Assembly: GCA_964036045.1 (NCBI GenBank)
Contig: OZ038378.1
Span: forward strand, 22,444,001-22,508,000
DNA from: Eutreptiella sp. 'Long Island Sound 2002'
Taxonomy: Eukaryota; Protista; Euglenida
Direction: 5' to 3'
Length of the DNA: 64,000 nucleotides
Positions 25,000-37,738 of this stretch are shown in pieces. The translations under genes were made by a program, and so were the position numbers. Position 1 is the stretch's first letter, and the number at the start of each line of letters is the position of its first letter. Under the pieces are notes generated by a model, which saw nothing but the letters and a program-made list of their open reading frames with translations, was not told the DNA's origin and ran no database searches.

Positions 25000-26300
25000 A
25001 GGGAAATTATGCTTTTGGCACGCAATTGAGATCATGTCTTCTACTCCTACCTCCTAACCAACAAACCATCCAACCTCTGCTTGACACGCCCATCCTAAGC
25101 GAGCTTGGGTGTAGTTTTTGCGGAACCATGGCATTGACTTTGCATCACATTGTCAGCAAGCAGCTCCTTTCCCTCTAGGTACTCTTCGGTCCACTAACCG
25201 CTATGGTGGGACAGTATTTTAATACCCTACGGACTTCTTTCAAAGGAACCAACATATGAGAATGGTGTACGTAGAGGCCTCTATGACGGCAAAGCGGTTC
25301 TCTTACACAGCTCGCATCATACACAACGGTGCCATATTCTCTGCAGCATGAAACCGGAGGCATCGGTTCGTAAACAGGGACCTAACGTTCGAGTCCTCTG
25401 CGAAGCACAAATTGACGGAACTTTTGAAAAAGAGAGTACCAGCCGCGGAGACGCCAGAGAAAAGGGAAAGAGAGGGGAATCACCTTGCTTTTTTGCAAAG
25501 TGATGACTTGATATCTGGTTAAGTTGGGAAGTTGACTATGGAGGTTCTGGAGGGGGAAGCAATGACATGGCAACAATCGAACCCTCACAAATCTGATCTT
25601 CTACGCCGCAATGGGACCAAGGAGGCCCCCAGGTTGACAACGTATATCGACAATTAAAGACATCTTCCATGTGGCTATGCACACTATGAGACCCATTTTT
25701 AGCCCCGGTTTAAGCCTGTTTCAGTTCTCCACACCCACTTAACCCCGCCAATGCTCTAAATTTTGCTCCGCAAACAGCCCTCCACCAACCCCGTACCACT
25801 ATTTTAGACCCACACAGCCCCCAATGGTCCCCGGGTGCTGTTTTAGGGCCCTTTCTCTGGAAAGAAAAAAGTGTTCTTTGGTTAGGCAATATCGGACCCG
25901 CAGTCTGCATACCGTCACCGCCTTGAGCCCCCCTGAAGGGGGTAAGGTACGCAGGCGGCTTGGTCACTTATGAGACAGCATTGCACATGCGACGAGGGCC
26001 ATGATCAAGCAGCGTGACATCTGGTCTTCTCAGACCAATCCTCGTGGTTGTTGCTCCGGCTTGGTCAAAGCGGTATTAAATGTGATAGGGGTCCTAAATG
26101 TACCGGTACATTGCCTTCCAAATGTACCGCCCAATGTGACACCAATCTGATCAATCATTCAAATCAACCATTTGAACCGGTTCCATTTCAAGGATGGCAA
26201 AAGTAAGCATGGTGGAGGGAGGGATGGACCAAATCAAACCATTTGAAGGAATTCCACTTGAAAGATGGCCTGCTGGAGGGAGGGAGGGACAAGTGCAACC
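25000..26300 (-). pseudogene. DIRS-like retroelement remnant (methyltransferase-like segment)
   Basis: CHCFPLQNLHSQL...VIPLSFPFLWRLRGWYSLF (ORF 25382-25588) fits the FPP...P-x-W...W pattern of the DIRS MT domain. Confidence 0.35.
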
Positions 26301-27035
26301 AAATGAAACCAATTCTGACCAATTGAATCTAATCAGGGCACGTGGAGGTGGAGGCAAGGGCAGAGGGAAGGGACAGCCAGCAATCCGATCATGACCTGCA
26401 AGCGCGAATAGCTTATAGGGCCGAGTGCTCACTATCTCACTATCCTTGGTTGCTAGCTACTGGTTTCTACAATTTGTTTGGGCACAGTGTTGCCGTCCAT
26501 CGCTACGTCTATGGACCTATGTAACCTGCGGTTCACGGTGTGTGTATGGTGTGTGTATGTGTGCACATGTACATTCGTGGTACAACGGTTATGGAAGCAG
26601 GGCGCACACAAAGTCGGCAATGCATCAAATGGCTAAATCCCGATCCAGCAAGCAAGCAGCGATCCAGCAAGCAATCAGCAATTGGTGGCGTATTCCATGA
26701 GTTGCGCCAAAGTGATAAGCAAGACTCAGAAGCGTTCGCTTGCGTGGTGCGTTGGACGACATCAACAACTTAAAAGGTAATTTGGGCAACACTCCCTCAT
26801 TCTCACTCGAGGGTGCCGGTGAGAACTTGTCCACGCTCCGAAAAAAAAAAGGACCCTAATAACTTAGGAATTCCATTTCGCATCAAAAGAGGCTAAAAGG
26901 CTTTTATTGGGAGTATCCATATTTCAACGCGAAAAATAACTATAGTATCTTGGTTTGCGCCTTTGACATGCCACAATTTGTGGCACAAAGGCTCAAATAG
27001 CAAAAAGAAAAGCGCTGTGGACTAGATTTCATTTG

Positions 27036-27190
27036 TACAGTAAAACCCCTATCACATTTAGGCAATATCCGCGGCCTGTGATAGATTGCGCGCTCCAATG
27101 TGCCGGCCTATCGGCCGTCACATTGGGCGCGCAATCTACCACAGGCCGCGGATATTGGATATAAAATGCGATAATCGATCGAGGTCTTTA
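27036..27190. mobile_element. Small MITE-like element with a 95-nt stem-loop (27063-27157)
   Basis: 40-bp arm pairs with 27119-27157 (1 mismatch, 1 bulge), plus inner cggcc-tatc-ggccg stem; preceded by TA+CAGTAAAACCC, a Tc1/pogo-like terminus. Confidence 0.6.
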
Positions 27191-27847
27191 GGAATCATGA
27201 ACTGGCACTCGAAAAAGGCCGCCAAAGCCTTAATTATGGTCCACTTGTAGTTCCTTGTGAAATGCTCGCTTTATGGAGTTACTTTGCACTGGGAGGTTGA
27301 TTTGCCTGTTAATGTTACTTGTGCCCAAATATTTGGCTGCTGCATTTTGCCGAGGTGAATTCCATTTTGGTTCATTGTTGCGTGGTGACATGCAAGCTCT
27401 TGAAGCCAACTTGGAGGTGTTTTGCCGTATGATGAGTCAATGGTAGAAATGGGACGCATTGTTGACCAAAGCCGGTTTGTTGAGCATTGATTCCCCTTTC
27501 TCCTTTGCCTTTTGGAGCCTTGCTCCACTCTTAAAGATGTGCCGCTTATTGAGGACTTCCATGTTAGCCACTAGAAATGAACCATCGGGGCAACACTAAG
27601 CTTTTCATGGGCGCACATATGGATGTTGGCAACAGAAGGTCTTACGGCGGGTTACAATGTTGCCATTTTGTAGCTTTATCGATGTATGTTCTGATATATA
27701 CAAACCCGCCCAGAGGCGCGTTGATTTCATTCAAGGTGAAATGGTCGTGGTGTTTCATTTTGATGTCAGACTTGTAGTGCACCACCGAAAACGTCTCGTT
27801 GGTAACACACGCACTTGCGAGATCAATCACAAACAATTGCACTAAAG

Positions 27848-27944
27848 TAGATCTGGTAGATCCCGTCGATCCCGTAGATCCTCTAGATCCTGTAGATCCT
27901 TTAGATCCTTTAGATCCCGTAGATCTTGTAGATCGTGCAGATCG
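27848..27944. repeat. 9-bp tandem repeat (TAGATCCxx)n
   Basis: About 11 units; reads DP(V/L) on + and (G/R)S(T/K) on -. Confidence 0.9.
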
Positions 27945-28769
27945 GAAATTGCCAATTGTCTATTCACGGTGCAAGCGAAAATTTTGTACTCGCATTCACG
28001 CACTTCCCATTGCCTTCTTGACAACCCTTGTGCTACCGAATTGCACGTTATGTCTTTTTGACACTGTGGCTTTTGCTGGTTGCTTTTGGCATGGCGTTGC
28101 ACACATAAACCATCACACACAAGCAAGGGCCCGGGTCATCATAATAGAGTAGAGCTGGAACACCTATTTTCATAGGCATGTGTCAACCTGTAACGGCCCC
28201 AAAGTGCACAATAGGACCAAATTTGAACGGACCCCACGGAAACACTCAGAGATGGAGTATTGAGAGGAAATATTCGGCAACTAGGCATTGCAAACAAATC
28301 CGTGATTGTGAACTTGTACTTGTTGTGGATCTCTTGTATGAACCCTCCCAGCAGGTCGATTGTTGCTTACTGACAAAGCTGGCGGAGTGCCCCTAAACAT
28401 GTCCCTGCGCAATATTGCCAGGTTTTTGTGTAGCACCCCTTTGGCGGGCTGAACCATTTTTGTAGCAATAGTGCTCATGCTTGCGTGCCCTTGCTTGATT
28501 GAGTTTGTAAGTAGGGTTTGCATATGTTGCATCCCGCCACCCCCCAACATGGCAATCATCCAAAACTAAAATTGTGAATTGCGCTGTTGGGCACCTCCAA
28601 GAACATTTAGGCCTTTTTTCCTCACTACAATTTTGGTGGCCGGCTCCGGGTGTGTGCACCCGTATGATGATCTATTGAGTTGTCTCAGTTCGCTAAGCTA
28701 CATTGGGGGGGGGGGGGCATCCCCTTGACCCCCCCTCCTATGTTGCCCCTTTTCGGGAGAGCTTCGCTT

Positions 28770-29090
28770 TTTTAAAAAATTGCGAGCAACTTTAACTTTT
28801 TTCCAAGCCATCCCAACGTTAAATGGTGGCACTTTTCGCATTCGACACTAGATATCAACAGCATGCCACTAAATTTCACAATAGCCATGAATTGTACTCT
28901 AAGGTGCAAGCCATTTTCATGGTTCCCAAGTGCCATCGCTTGCGGAACGTTGTCCATTGACAAGTTAGGGGCATTCATTATAATGATCAACAATTCCTCA
29001 TGGCCAATCTTGGGCCAATTAATCGTTGTTAGTTGCCGAAATCCATTCATTGGAGTCCACGCTCAATTAGCCTTTCACATAAACACATAC
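28770..29090 (-). pseudogene. Possible hAT transposase C-terminal dimerisation remnant
   Basis: Minus strand IERGLQ*M ... EELLIIIMNAPNL..D..QA resembles ERxFS..RNRL..LL.I..N.P; frameshifted. Confidence 0.3.
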
Positions 29091-32000
29091 CCACGAGGGT
29101 TCAGCGGGCATGTGTTTTGTCCCTTTGCGGAACACCACCCTTCCACAAACAATCGGTGAACATGGTCTATGATTACCCGACACCGGGGACGTGCCCGATA
29201 CCGCCATTGAGCTGAGGTAAAATAGCGTCCGCAAAGAGGACAAAGAGTGCGATAGGACCATGGTGGCACCGAGGGCATACCACCCTCAGAGTTCCATGGT
29301 TGCATTGCACATGTTATGCCTTCGATTAGCTAATTGGATTGCATGATGTGTATGCACACGAACACTGTCATTTGCACCGACACCGACCCAATCATAGACA
29401 CCTGCACTACGACAACCACCGACCACAAACACACCATCACGGCGCCCAAAACGCCCAAAAACACAACCTACCCCACCAGCCACACATCCCAACACACCAC
29501 GCACAACACCACCACCGGAACCCGTGGAAAACACACTGACCCCAGACGACGACACCCAACAGACAGAAGGTGACCCACACAGTGCATCACTGAGTGACAA
29601 TGACGACTCCGTCACAGCACTTGCACATGTCCCTGTTGGACCAACAGTGGCCCCGGAGCACACACAATCTGTCCACCATCGGTGGGATACAGAAATTGCC
29701 CCCTTGAAATCACTAGTGTTAGGTCGTTGGGACGCCGTCCAATTTGATGCTATGACCCCTGAAGCGAAGTGGATGTACATCAAATACAGATTCGATGCAC
29801 ATGTGCATTACAGGGGTATACCCCCACCACCCATTGAGATGTGGCAAGAAGAAATTTTAGATGTAACATCACCGGAGGCAAGTGCATGGTTTGTACGACG
29901 TGACATCCTGGAGATGCAAAATGAAGTGACAAGTGAATCCGATGGGTAAACAACAGACACATAGAGTACACACACGCCAGAACACATAGGACAAGACACA
30001 CAGAGCACGTCAAGGACACTGCCTGAGTAAGTAAGAACCTCCGTTGCTGCCATACACTGTCTACAGAAAATATTTGTGGCATTGGATTTGTTGCTTTGTC
30101 TCCTATCCTTTGTACCAAGTCCACCTGACGACGTGGACCGTGTGCAGCAATAGAGCCTTTTGGTTGTTTTTTTGAAGTGGATGAATTGAGCCCTACTGGT
30201 AAGGGAGTGCTAGCTAAGTAGGTGAGTAGAAGGCCTAGGCCACATACCCAACTGTTCTGAGGCCTTTCCGGCGCCCCCTTGCCTTGTATCTCATGTGTCC
30301 GCACTCATCTATAGGAGCGCGGGACTTGTGAAAGGTTAAGGAACCACGTCACGAGTGAACAATTGAGGCACCGTGTGATGCATTTGTGGCCCTATGTGCT
30401 AAGAGTTACTGGCGGATCGTGCGGACCTTTGGCTGTGTGCCATTGCTACGTGTTGCACTCGTTGACTTCAAGGCATGAAGTATCATGTGTGCTTGTGCTT
30501 CAAGAGGGGAACATTCATGCATCTTCACCTCGACCTGTTGCCCTCTGTGAAAGCCTCTACCTTTGCTAGACTATTCATTCGTGACAAATGTGTGATACTG
30601 TGAGCAACTAATCTTGGGACCCAACGTGTGCTAAGAATCCTGGAGCCGAGGGCCTAATGGTTTGCTTGTAAAAGGTGGTTGTGGTCACAATGACAAATGT
30701 CATGGAGGAGTCCCATGTTCAAGAGACTGTGCAAAACATTACCGGACAATTTCATGGGTTATTCACACAATGTTTCAACATGGAGACATCGGGTCACATT
30801 CTATGCACTTTGTCTCCATTAGACTGCACATACGCCATTCAACTTGTCCTCACAGCATTCTGCTACGTGACCGTTCCCTCACAAGTCCACCTGCATAGCT
30901 ACATTGATTCCCACAAGTCAAGAGGAATTTAAAAAAGCAACCACATTCGTTTGCCACACCAAAGATTGTGATTAATGATGGCACTGAAGATCAAAAATGA
31001 CCAAAATCAAAATTTGGCTATCGTAACGCACCTTGATTAATGCGAAGTGGAAGAGATAGTGACGGTTGTTAGTGTGGGTTGTTTGTTACTTGAAACCACT
31101 CCGCCAGTGAAAGAAGTTCTTGCATGCCGAGCCCCATGTGTGCAAGGCATGAACGAGAAGCCAAGTAGTTGGTTTACTTTTGCAGCAACGAACCTTGTGT
31201 TGCATGGAGTGCTGCGAGAAGAGCCTAAGAAGAAATAGCTAAGGGACAAAAAGAGAACAGGTTTGTAAGTTTATACGTTGACTTCTTTGATTGAATGGAC
31301 TTGAAGTCCATCAGCTCCGGGTCACTATGATGCATCAAGTTCGCCTTGAAACTTGCAATTTTGGTCCTGAAGCGCTTGCACAGTTTGTGACAATGACACA
31401 TGTTTGTGGGAGCGTATGCATGGTGCATACGAATGTGGCGCCTAGATGAGTAGAAAAGCGAAAGGTGAGGGCGGGAGAGATATGCTGGATGTAGCATTGT
31501 TTTTTGAAACAACATGAAATCAATTTGCTCATGTCACTCTTAACCATGAAGCACCTCTGTCGTCAACGCTCTTTAGACCCTCTTTTACGGCATTCCACAT
31601 TTTGCTTGCCACCTTATGAACCAATCAAAGGGATCTATCTACCACCCAATGGGATCACAAAGCACCGCAGTTTGCTTTGACCTGAAGAGTGGTGCTTTTT
31701 CATGAAACATCATTGTTTGATCGTAAGGACATTGTGATGAGCATAACCTGGCATACCAGGAATACTTGGGAGTATACGACAAAAGGGGGGGTATTGGGAA
31801 GTAGGACTACGTGTGTAACCGCGAAATATAGGCCCAATGCGTTCCTCAAGTAAAAACCAAGTAAAAAGGGTGAAAATTCAATAATTTGCCTTGTGCGTGT
31901 TTGCTCACCTTGTCATGGGTGAAAATGGATGCATTTCGCAACTTGTATCTCTCCCTCACCCTCTTACCCACTTATGGACGTAAATACTTGCTTTTTGCAC

Positions 32001-35000
32001 ATGTAAAAGGGGGGTTTTTTGTGTGTTGGCCTTCGCTTAGGTTGCAAAAGGGGTTAATTTATGCTACTGGGCTCCGCTAACGCAGAAACCACACCACAAG
32101 GAACACAGGCCACAACGGCCGTCGGAAAGCATTGACCCGACACCACACGTGAAGGGAATAATGGGTAACTGTCTAGGGCCTGGTAAAGAAACTGCAAACC
32201 AACGGACTGTCACACGGCAGGGGGGGAACCACTGGTCATGTATTAATTTTTGAGCATCGCGCTAGCAGAAGACTGGCGCGACCCCACCTGTGCCTGTTTT
32301 TGCCCCCCCCTCACCAAACAATTTGGACTACCTTCTCGCCGTGTCTAAGAATCTGGTCCAATCCAGACCCCATCTGAAACTTGTCCCGAGCCACGTCAGA
32401 CATCCTGCAACACACATACAAAGAGCAATGTGAAACAAAACACTGAGTGTACAATCACATGTGGTTCCGTGACCTTCCATCACCTCTCCTATGTCTAGAC
32501 CTGAAATGGAAATGGGGCAAGCCCCCCCCCCCCTTTCTGAAGGGTTTTCTGCATACAGTATGATGTATGGACATAAGGCAACCCATCTTCCGGTACCGTG
32601 ATTCCTGGAACACATAGAGATGGGCCATACCCCGCCGCCCCCCAAAATGGTGACAACCCCCCTGCCCAACGGGGGGATAAAACCACCCCCGACAAGGGGG
32701 GATATAACCACCCCAAAGGGGTGAAACCCCCCCCAAAAAAATTGGGGCGAGAAAACCACCCCTTGGGGGGGATAAATCCACCCCCAGGTGGCATAAAACC
32801 AACCCAGGGGTCAAAATGGCCAAAAAGGGGGTTGGGGGTGGTTTTATCTCCTGGTTGGGGGTTGGTTTTACACCCACGACCACCCCTAGACCCACCCCCC
32901 CACCACCCCCACCCCCCCTTAAAATATTTGGCCAAATTCTCTTTTGGGCCTTTGGCCGTTCACAAATTTTCTCTGGCGCTTTTGGGGACAATTAGTTTAC
33001 ACCAAATTTTCTTCAGCGCATTTGGCACCTCTAAAAACTCAGCACCACCGGGGCTGGAGGGGGGCTCCCTGAGACCCAAGCCCCTCATAAAAAAAAAGCC
33101 CTGGGCCTCGGACGCTACCTGGGCCTCGGATGCTACCACACAATGGATGCGGCCACAAAGGATGGCCAAGAGGTCAAGCTCACTCGGCTACTTTGACAGC
33201 CCTACTCATTCCCCGCCCCGCACGCAACAAGTACAAGAACCAGTGCAAACTAGCCTTGATGGACCTGTAGGACTGGTTCCATGACCTCGTGGTAATCCTG
33301 GTGGAGGCACGCGACAACAGCCGATGGGGTGGGAACCATGAGCTGGGGATGAGGCTGCCATCGGACTGGTTTCAGGGGGCCCCTAACTGAGACCAACAAT
33401 GCATCATGGCTCACCGCCAACGAACATGCCTACAATGTCAGTGCATGGACAGACAGACCTAAATACAATGTGCCTCCTATGCAAGGCATCCTTGGAGACA
33501 GCTGCCCACCTGTGGGCGTGCAGCACGTAGTTCCACGAGGGGTGGCTGGCTGGGCAGCATCTTGTGGTGTGGCTACATACCCACATGGATCCTGCGGCTA
33601 GTCCAGTCCGTTAGTAGTTGGAACACAATAGGAGGCGGCCACATCCCCCCCGTCCATGTGCAAGTGCTCAGCCTCATGTGCTCTGAGGTTAGAGTGCTAT
33701 GCATCGGAAACCAATTTCATTGCACAATATGGTATGGGATACAAACATAGCTATGGTCCACGCTCTTTTGGGCTTTGGCCTTGGTGGCAGCTACAGCTAC
33801 GTGTTTTCAAGCTTTGGAGTATAAACTTGTCATTAAATCAAAAATTTTGATGATGGCGAGTTCCATTTTCTTGGATGCAAGTCATGATCCATTGTATTGC
33901 AGTGCAATGTGTTTTTTCCACCAAAAGTCTGGGAACCTACTTCAAGCCTCACTTGTCGGGAGGAGCCGGTTTGCCGGGAATGTGCTGGGTGCCGCCGGGC
34001 ATCTATTTTGGCCTTTATGCCTGACCAACATTTTCCTGGGCATTACCCAAGAATTCCCCACCTTTGGGTCCTCTACATGGCAGGGGTTATGTGCCATGTG
34101 TCCTCCGTTTAGGGATCCCGATTATGTAGCCACTTTATTCCTCTCCACTTTGAGTACTTTGCACAGTTTTGTATCCAGAGGCAGGTCTGTTAGCCCCCTT
34201 GCGCACCATGTTTGGAGGATGGCTGATGCGACCGATGAGGCTGCCGCAAAAAATGATGGTGGGGATGAAGTCTGCACATTGTCCTCAGAAGGACGCCAAG
34301 ATATTTGGTGGTGAATGTAATGAAAACTGTTCATTGCGGGGTGTATTGACGCACACAATTGTGGGGACAAAACTGTTAATTGGGCTGCATAGAGTTCTGC
34401 AGTTAACATCGCTGTGTCCAGGCACTAATTCTGAAAATGCAACAACGCCATTCAGGCCCCATGATTGGTGCAGTTGGCGACACACCAGGCAGTGGTACAG
34501 GTCTGAGCGCGAGTTCCTCTCCACTTACCTATGCAACACCCACAAAGGTGTGAATCAACAAGGTGACATGCACATAGCACGATGCATGCAGCCCTAGAGC
34601 AGCAAAGGGGATAGTGTCCTGTTGCTCTCCGTGCTGTCTCCACTCATCCCCAAGATACCATGTTCATGATGACACACAATGCATCTACCCCTGACCCAAA
34701 TTCCTACAAGTGTTTACAACCTGCACAAACTCACACAAACACAAACACGAAATGTAGGCTGCACACCAAAGGGCCCAGCCGTGAGGAGTAGAACACTGTC
34801 ATCAGTTGCACTGTTCAAATACTGCAGGCTAAAAGAGTGTCATACGAGCGCAACACGTGGGTTTGATTGACCATACCACTAGTGTACAAACCCGCTATGA
34901 CATGTTTCATTGTTAACAGCAAAACAAAGAGCTTTGAGGGGATCACCAGATGCTATCAAGGCCGTTCCATGTGTCGCATTTACCATAGGCGGGTGCACTT

Positions 35001-36714
35001 TGCACAGAGTTTCATGGTCAATAGTGAAAATTATAGTTGCTAGCAAGCATACACATCATGTCTCACACTGTTACAGATTCCCAACTGCATGGATGTTTAA
35101 ATGCCACATGACTCAGTGTCAAGTCTGTGTTGACTGTACAATACTTCTACCATGACCATGCTGAGATGTATCAAGATAGAGATGCACTGGTGCAATGTGC
35201 TTTTGCTCTACCTCTGTGTAAAACGGCCCTTTGATTGCGGGTGAACCCATGCACAAGCTGGAATTTTATAGATTTAACAACATATTGGTTAAAAGACCCC
35301 TTAAGCAGTGGCTATTTCTCTTCATACGTGATATGGCAGACTGCACAAATCCTGTGGTAATGACTGCACTGTTTGGACAACAGTGTGAGTTACGAGGGAC
35401 CGGCATGGTCATGTATTAGCAACCACCAGTGGCATCAAGACTTGTGGTTGTCAAGGAATGATTGAGGTGGGGAATGAGCCATGGGTTTGCTGTGTTTTGG
35501 GTTGACCAATTTTGCAAGAGCAGGTACAAAAAAAATTAGATGGACCCCGAGACATCTTGTTGAATTGTACAGCACCTGGCGTTCTCACAGGATTGTTTAT
35601 AACATTGCCATATACAGGATTGCCAGGAGACTGACATTCCGGGTCAAGCATTTGATGGTGCACCTAACAGCCACGGTCGCAGAAGATTTTTTTGGTTGCA
35701 GTGAGTGACTTGGGATCAGAATGGTTCCCCTTCAGGCTTCTTTGTTGATATTCATCAAGGCAACCCAGGGATTTTGGTTTGGCAGCCTTATGAAATGTGG
35801 ACAATCACAGCACCAACCAAGACAAGTGGACTAGGAGACATCTTTATACAACTACTGCATGATAATCCTGGAACTAAACCTGCTGTTGTGTGACAAATGG
35901 TGGAGGATTGCCAGTATAGATGCGTTGAGTTTGTCGAATGCAATGATTGAAACCATGACATCATGTGGCATGTCACTCAAGAAAAACCATGACAACTAGC
36001 TCAAGAAACAACCACAACGACCCACATTGTCACCCACACCAAAAATGGTCCAATAACAGCATTTGCCCTTGCACACACCATGAGGGGGTGGTGGGGAGGG
36101 TTAAGGGGGGAGGTGGGGGGGTGAAGGCGGTTTGGGGGCGACTTCATGCGTGCTATCAGCATCAGTAGCAAATAGTCCTGAGAAATATCTTAACCACCCT
36201 TGTCCATGGGGAACACATTTTTACCCCGCACTACTTTGTATTCAAAATGCTGAGAATGCAACGTGGAATTCAAGAAATGCCCTCCAAATCCAAAACTTTT
36301 TGTGACGCCTTCCCCCCCTTCTGTACCTCCTGTCTCATGTTGTGGGTTTTGGGGTTTAGAACAGAACTGAACTAAACTGAATATCCCTGCCTGTGGCGTC
36401 GCCTCAGTCTGAGCCAGGATTCAAAGAATCTGCCCTGAGGTTCTCAACAAGCAACCATGAGGACTATAGGGTGAGTGGCACCTTTGGCCACTGGGTCTCA
36501 CAAGGGCCAGCGGTTGGCAGATGTGAAAACGGTCAAGGCGATGGTGGCCATAGCTCCCACCTTTGTGCATCCCCCTCAGTGTCTACATTTAGCAGCCGTG
36601 TCTATTTGTAGCAGATGGTGTCTACAACCCACAGAGGGTGTGATCATTACCCCCCATGTGATGCTTATCCCAATGGCCCCCTCAGTACTCACCACACGTG
36701 TCTGTCTTCGCCGC

Positions 36715-36725
36715 TTTCTGTCCAG
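36715..36725 (+). promoter_or_regulatory. Pyrimidine tract + AG splice acceptor 5 nt before the ATG (trans- or cis-splice)
   Basis: tctgtcttcgccgctttctgtccAG|aacaaATG. Confidence 0.5.
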
Positions 36726-36730
36726 AACAA

Positions 36731-37738
36731 ATGGTTGTCATCGGCGACCACGTTGAGATACATGGCATTCGCTCCCAAGCCGCCTACAATGGCCTGATAG
36801 GCATTGTGGAGAATTTCCAGGGCGAGCGTTTTCAGGTCCGTGTTTCCGGCGAAACCAAATCATTCAAGGAAGAGAATTTGCGCGTCGTTCCTCGTGATGG
36901 GAGGGGGCGCGAGGTGATGCGAACGCAAGCCCGAGGCGCCGGGGATGACGACAACCCAATGAAGGACCTCGGAAAGGTAATGCTGACGGGGGCTGCGAAC
37001 GTTGCGAAGCGGAACTGGAAGATCAGCTCGACGTGGGTCCTGGGTCTGCTGCTGGCCACTTTCGCGACTGGGTTCACTGTCTCACAAGCAGACGCTGAGG
37101 AATACCACAGGCTGATGGAGAACGTAAACACGGAAGCCTTGGAGCAAGCTGAAGGCCAGATGCGGAGCGTGTGCAACAGGTATCACAACTCTCGCGGATT
37201 CTTCAGCTGCAGTGGGGCTTGCGCAGAGTTCCGACGTCAATGCGAAGTTGCCCAGCAGAGCGTGTACACTGCGGAGCGCGAGGTCGACGCACAGATCAGC
37301 GAGGCCAAGAAGCACGTGGGGATCTTCTCCACGTACGGCGTGTCCGAGGCCCGGCAATTGTTCTGGAAACGCTTTGGGCAGGGCAAGGACTTCGCCAAAG
37401 AGCAGAGCTTCTGGAGCATGCTTTTCATGCACCGTGATGAGGGTTTGGCCAGTTTTGTCTTCCGAGTTCTGCTCTTTTTTACCATCGGCGTGGTCTCGGC
37501 CGCAGTCACATTCCTGTGGTCTTTGTGGGGGGTTGTGTCGAGCTATCAGGCAGGTTCTGTGCAGGGCCTGCTTTTTATGGGCTTGGCTGCAATTGCTGTC
37601 TGTGCTTTCATAGCCACGTGGTTGATTGGCCTGTATCTCGCGGGTGCTGGGGGCTTGGTGTGTGTCGGCATGACCACTCGCCAGCTTCACCTGGGCGAGG
37701 GCCAACAGCGCCGAAGGCAGCATGTACGCAACTACTAG
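36731..37738 (+). CDS. Intronless multi-pass membrane protein of unknown function with N-terminal SH3/KOW-like domain (335 aa)
   Basis: Uninterrupted ORF with coding-like composition. N-terminal G-x-x-V-x-I-x-G..NG..G.V..GERFQV..K..NL module; hydrophobic segment ~WVLGLLLATFATG; Cys-containing helical region; 3-4 C-terminal TM-like segments. ATG 36731 preferred over 36698 because it follows the acceptor. Confidence 0.85.
   Translation: MVVIGDHVEIHGIRSQAAYNGLIGIVENFQGERFQVRVSGETKSFKEENLRVVPRDGRGREVMRTQARGAGDDDNPMKDLGKVMLTGAANVAKRNWKISSTWVLGLLLATFATGFTVSQADAEEYHRLMENVNTEALEQAEGQMRSVCNRYHNSRGFFSCSGACAEFRRQCEVAQQSVYTAEREVDAQISEAKKHVGIFSTYGVSEARQLFWKRFGQGKDFAKEQSFWSMLFMHRDEGLASFVFRVLLFFTIGVVSAAVTFLWSLWGVVSSYQAGSVQGLLFMGLAAIAVCAFIATWLIGLYLAGAGGLVCVGMTTRQLHLGEGQQRRRQHVRNY

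Noticed and set aside
32495-33284. Pro/Gly-rich ORFs of 146-228 aa
   Set aside because: Driven by C/G homopolymer-rich repeat sequence; no domain motifs.
34300-34560. Possible tyrosine recombinase H-x-x-R..Y remnant (FRPHDWC..STYL)
   Set aside because: Catalytic Arg absent and no upstream R motif recognisable; too weak to call.
36698-36730. Upstream ATG giving a 346-aa product
   Set aside because: The extra codons overlap the pyrimidine tract and AG acceptor; ATG 36731 is more plausible.
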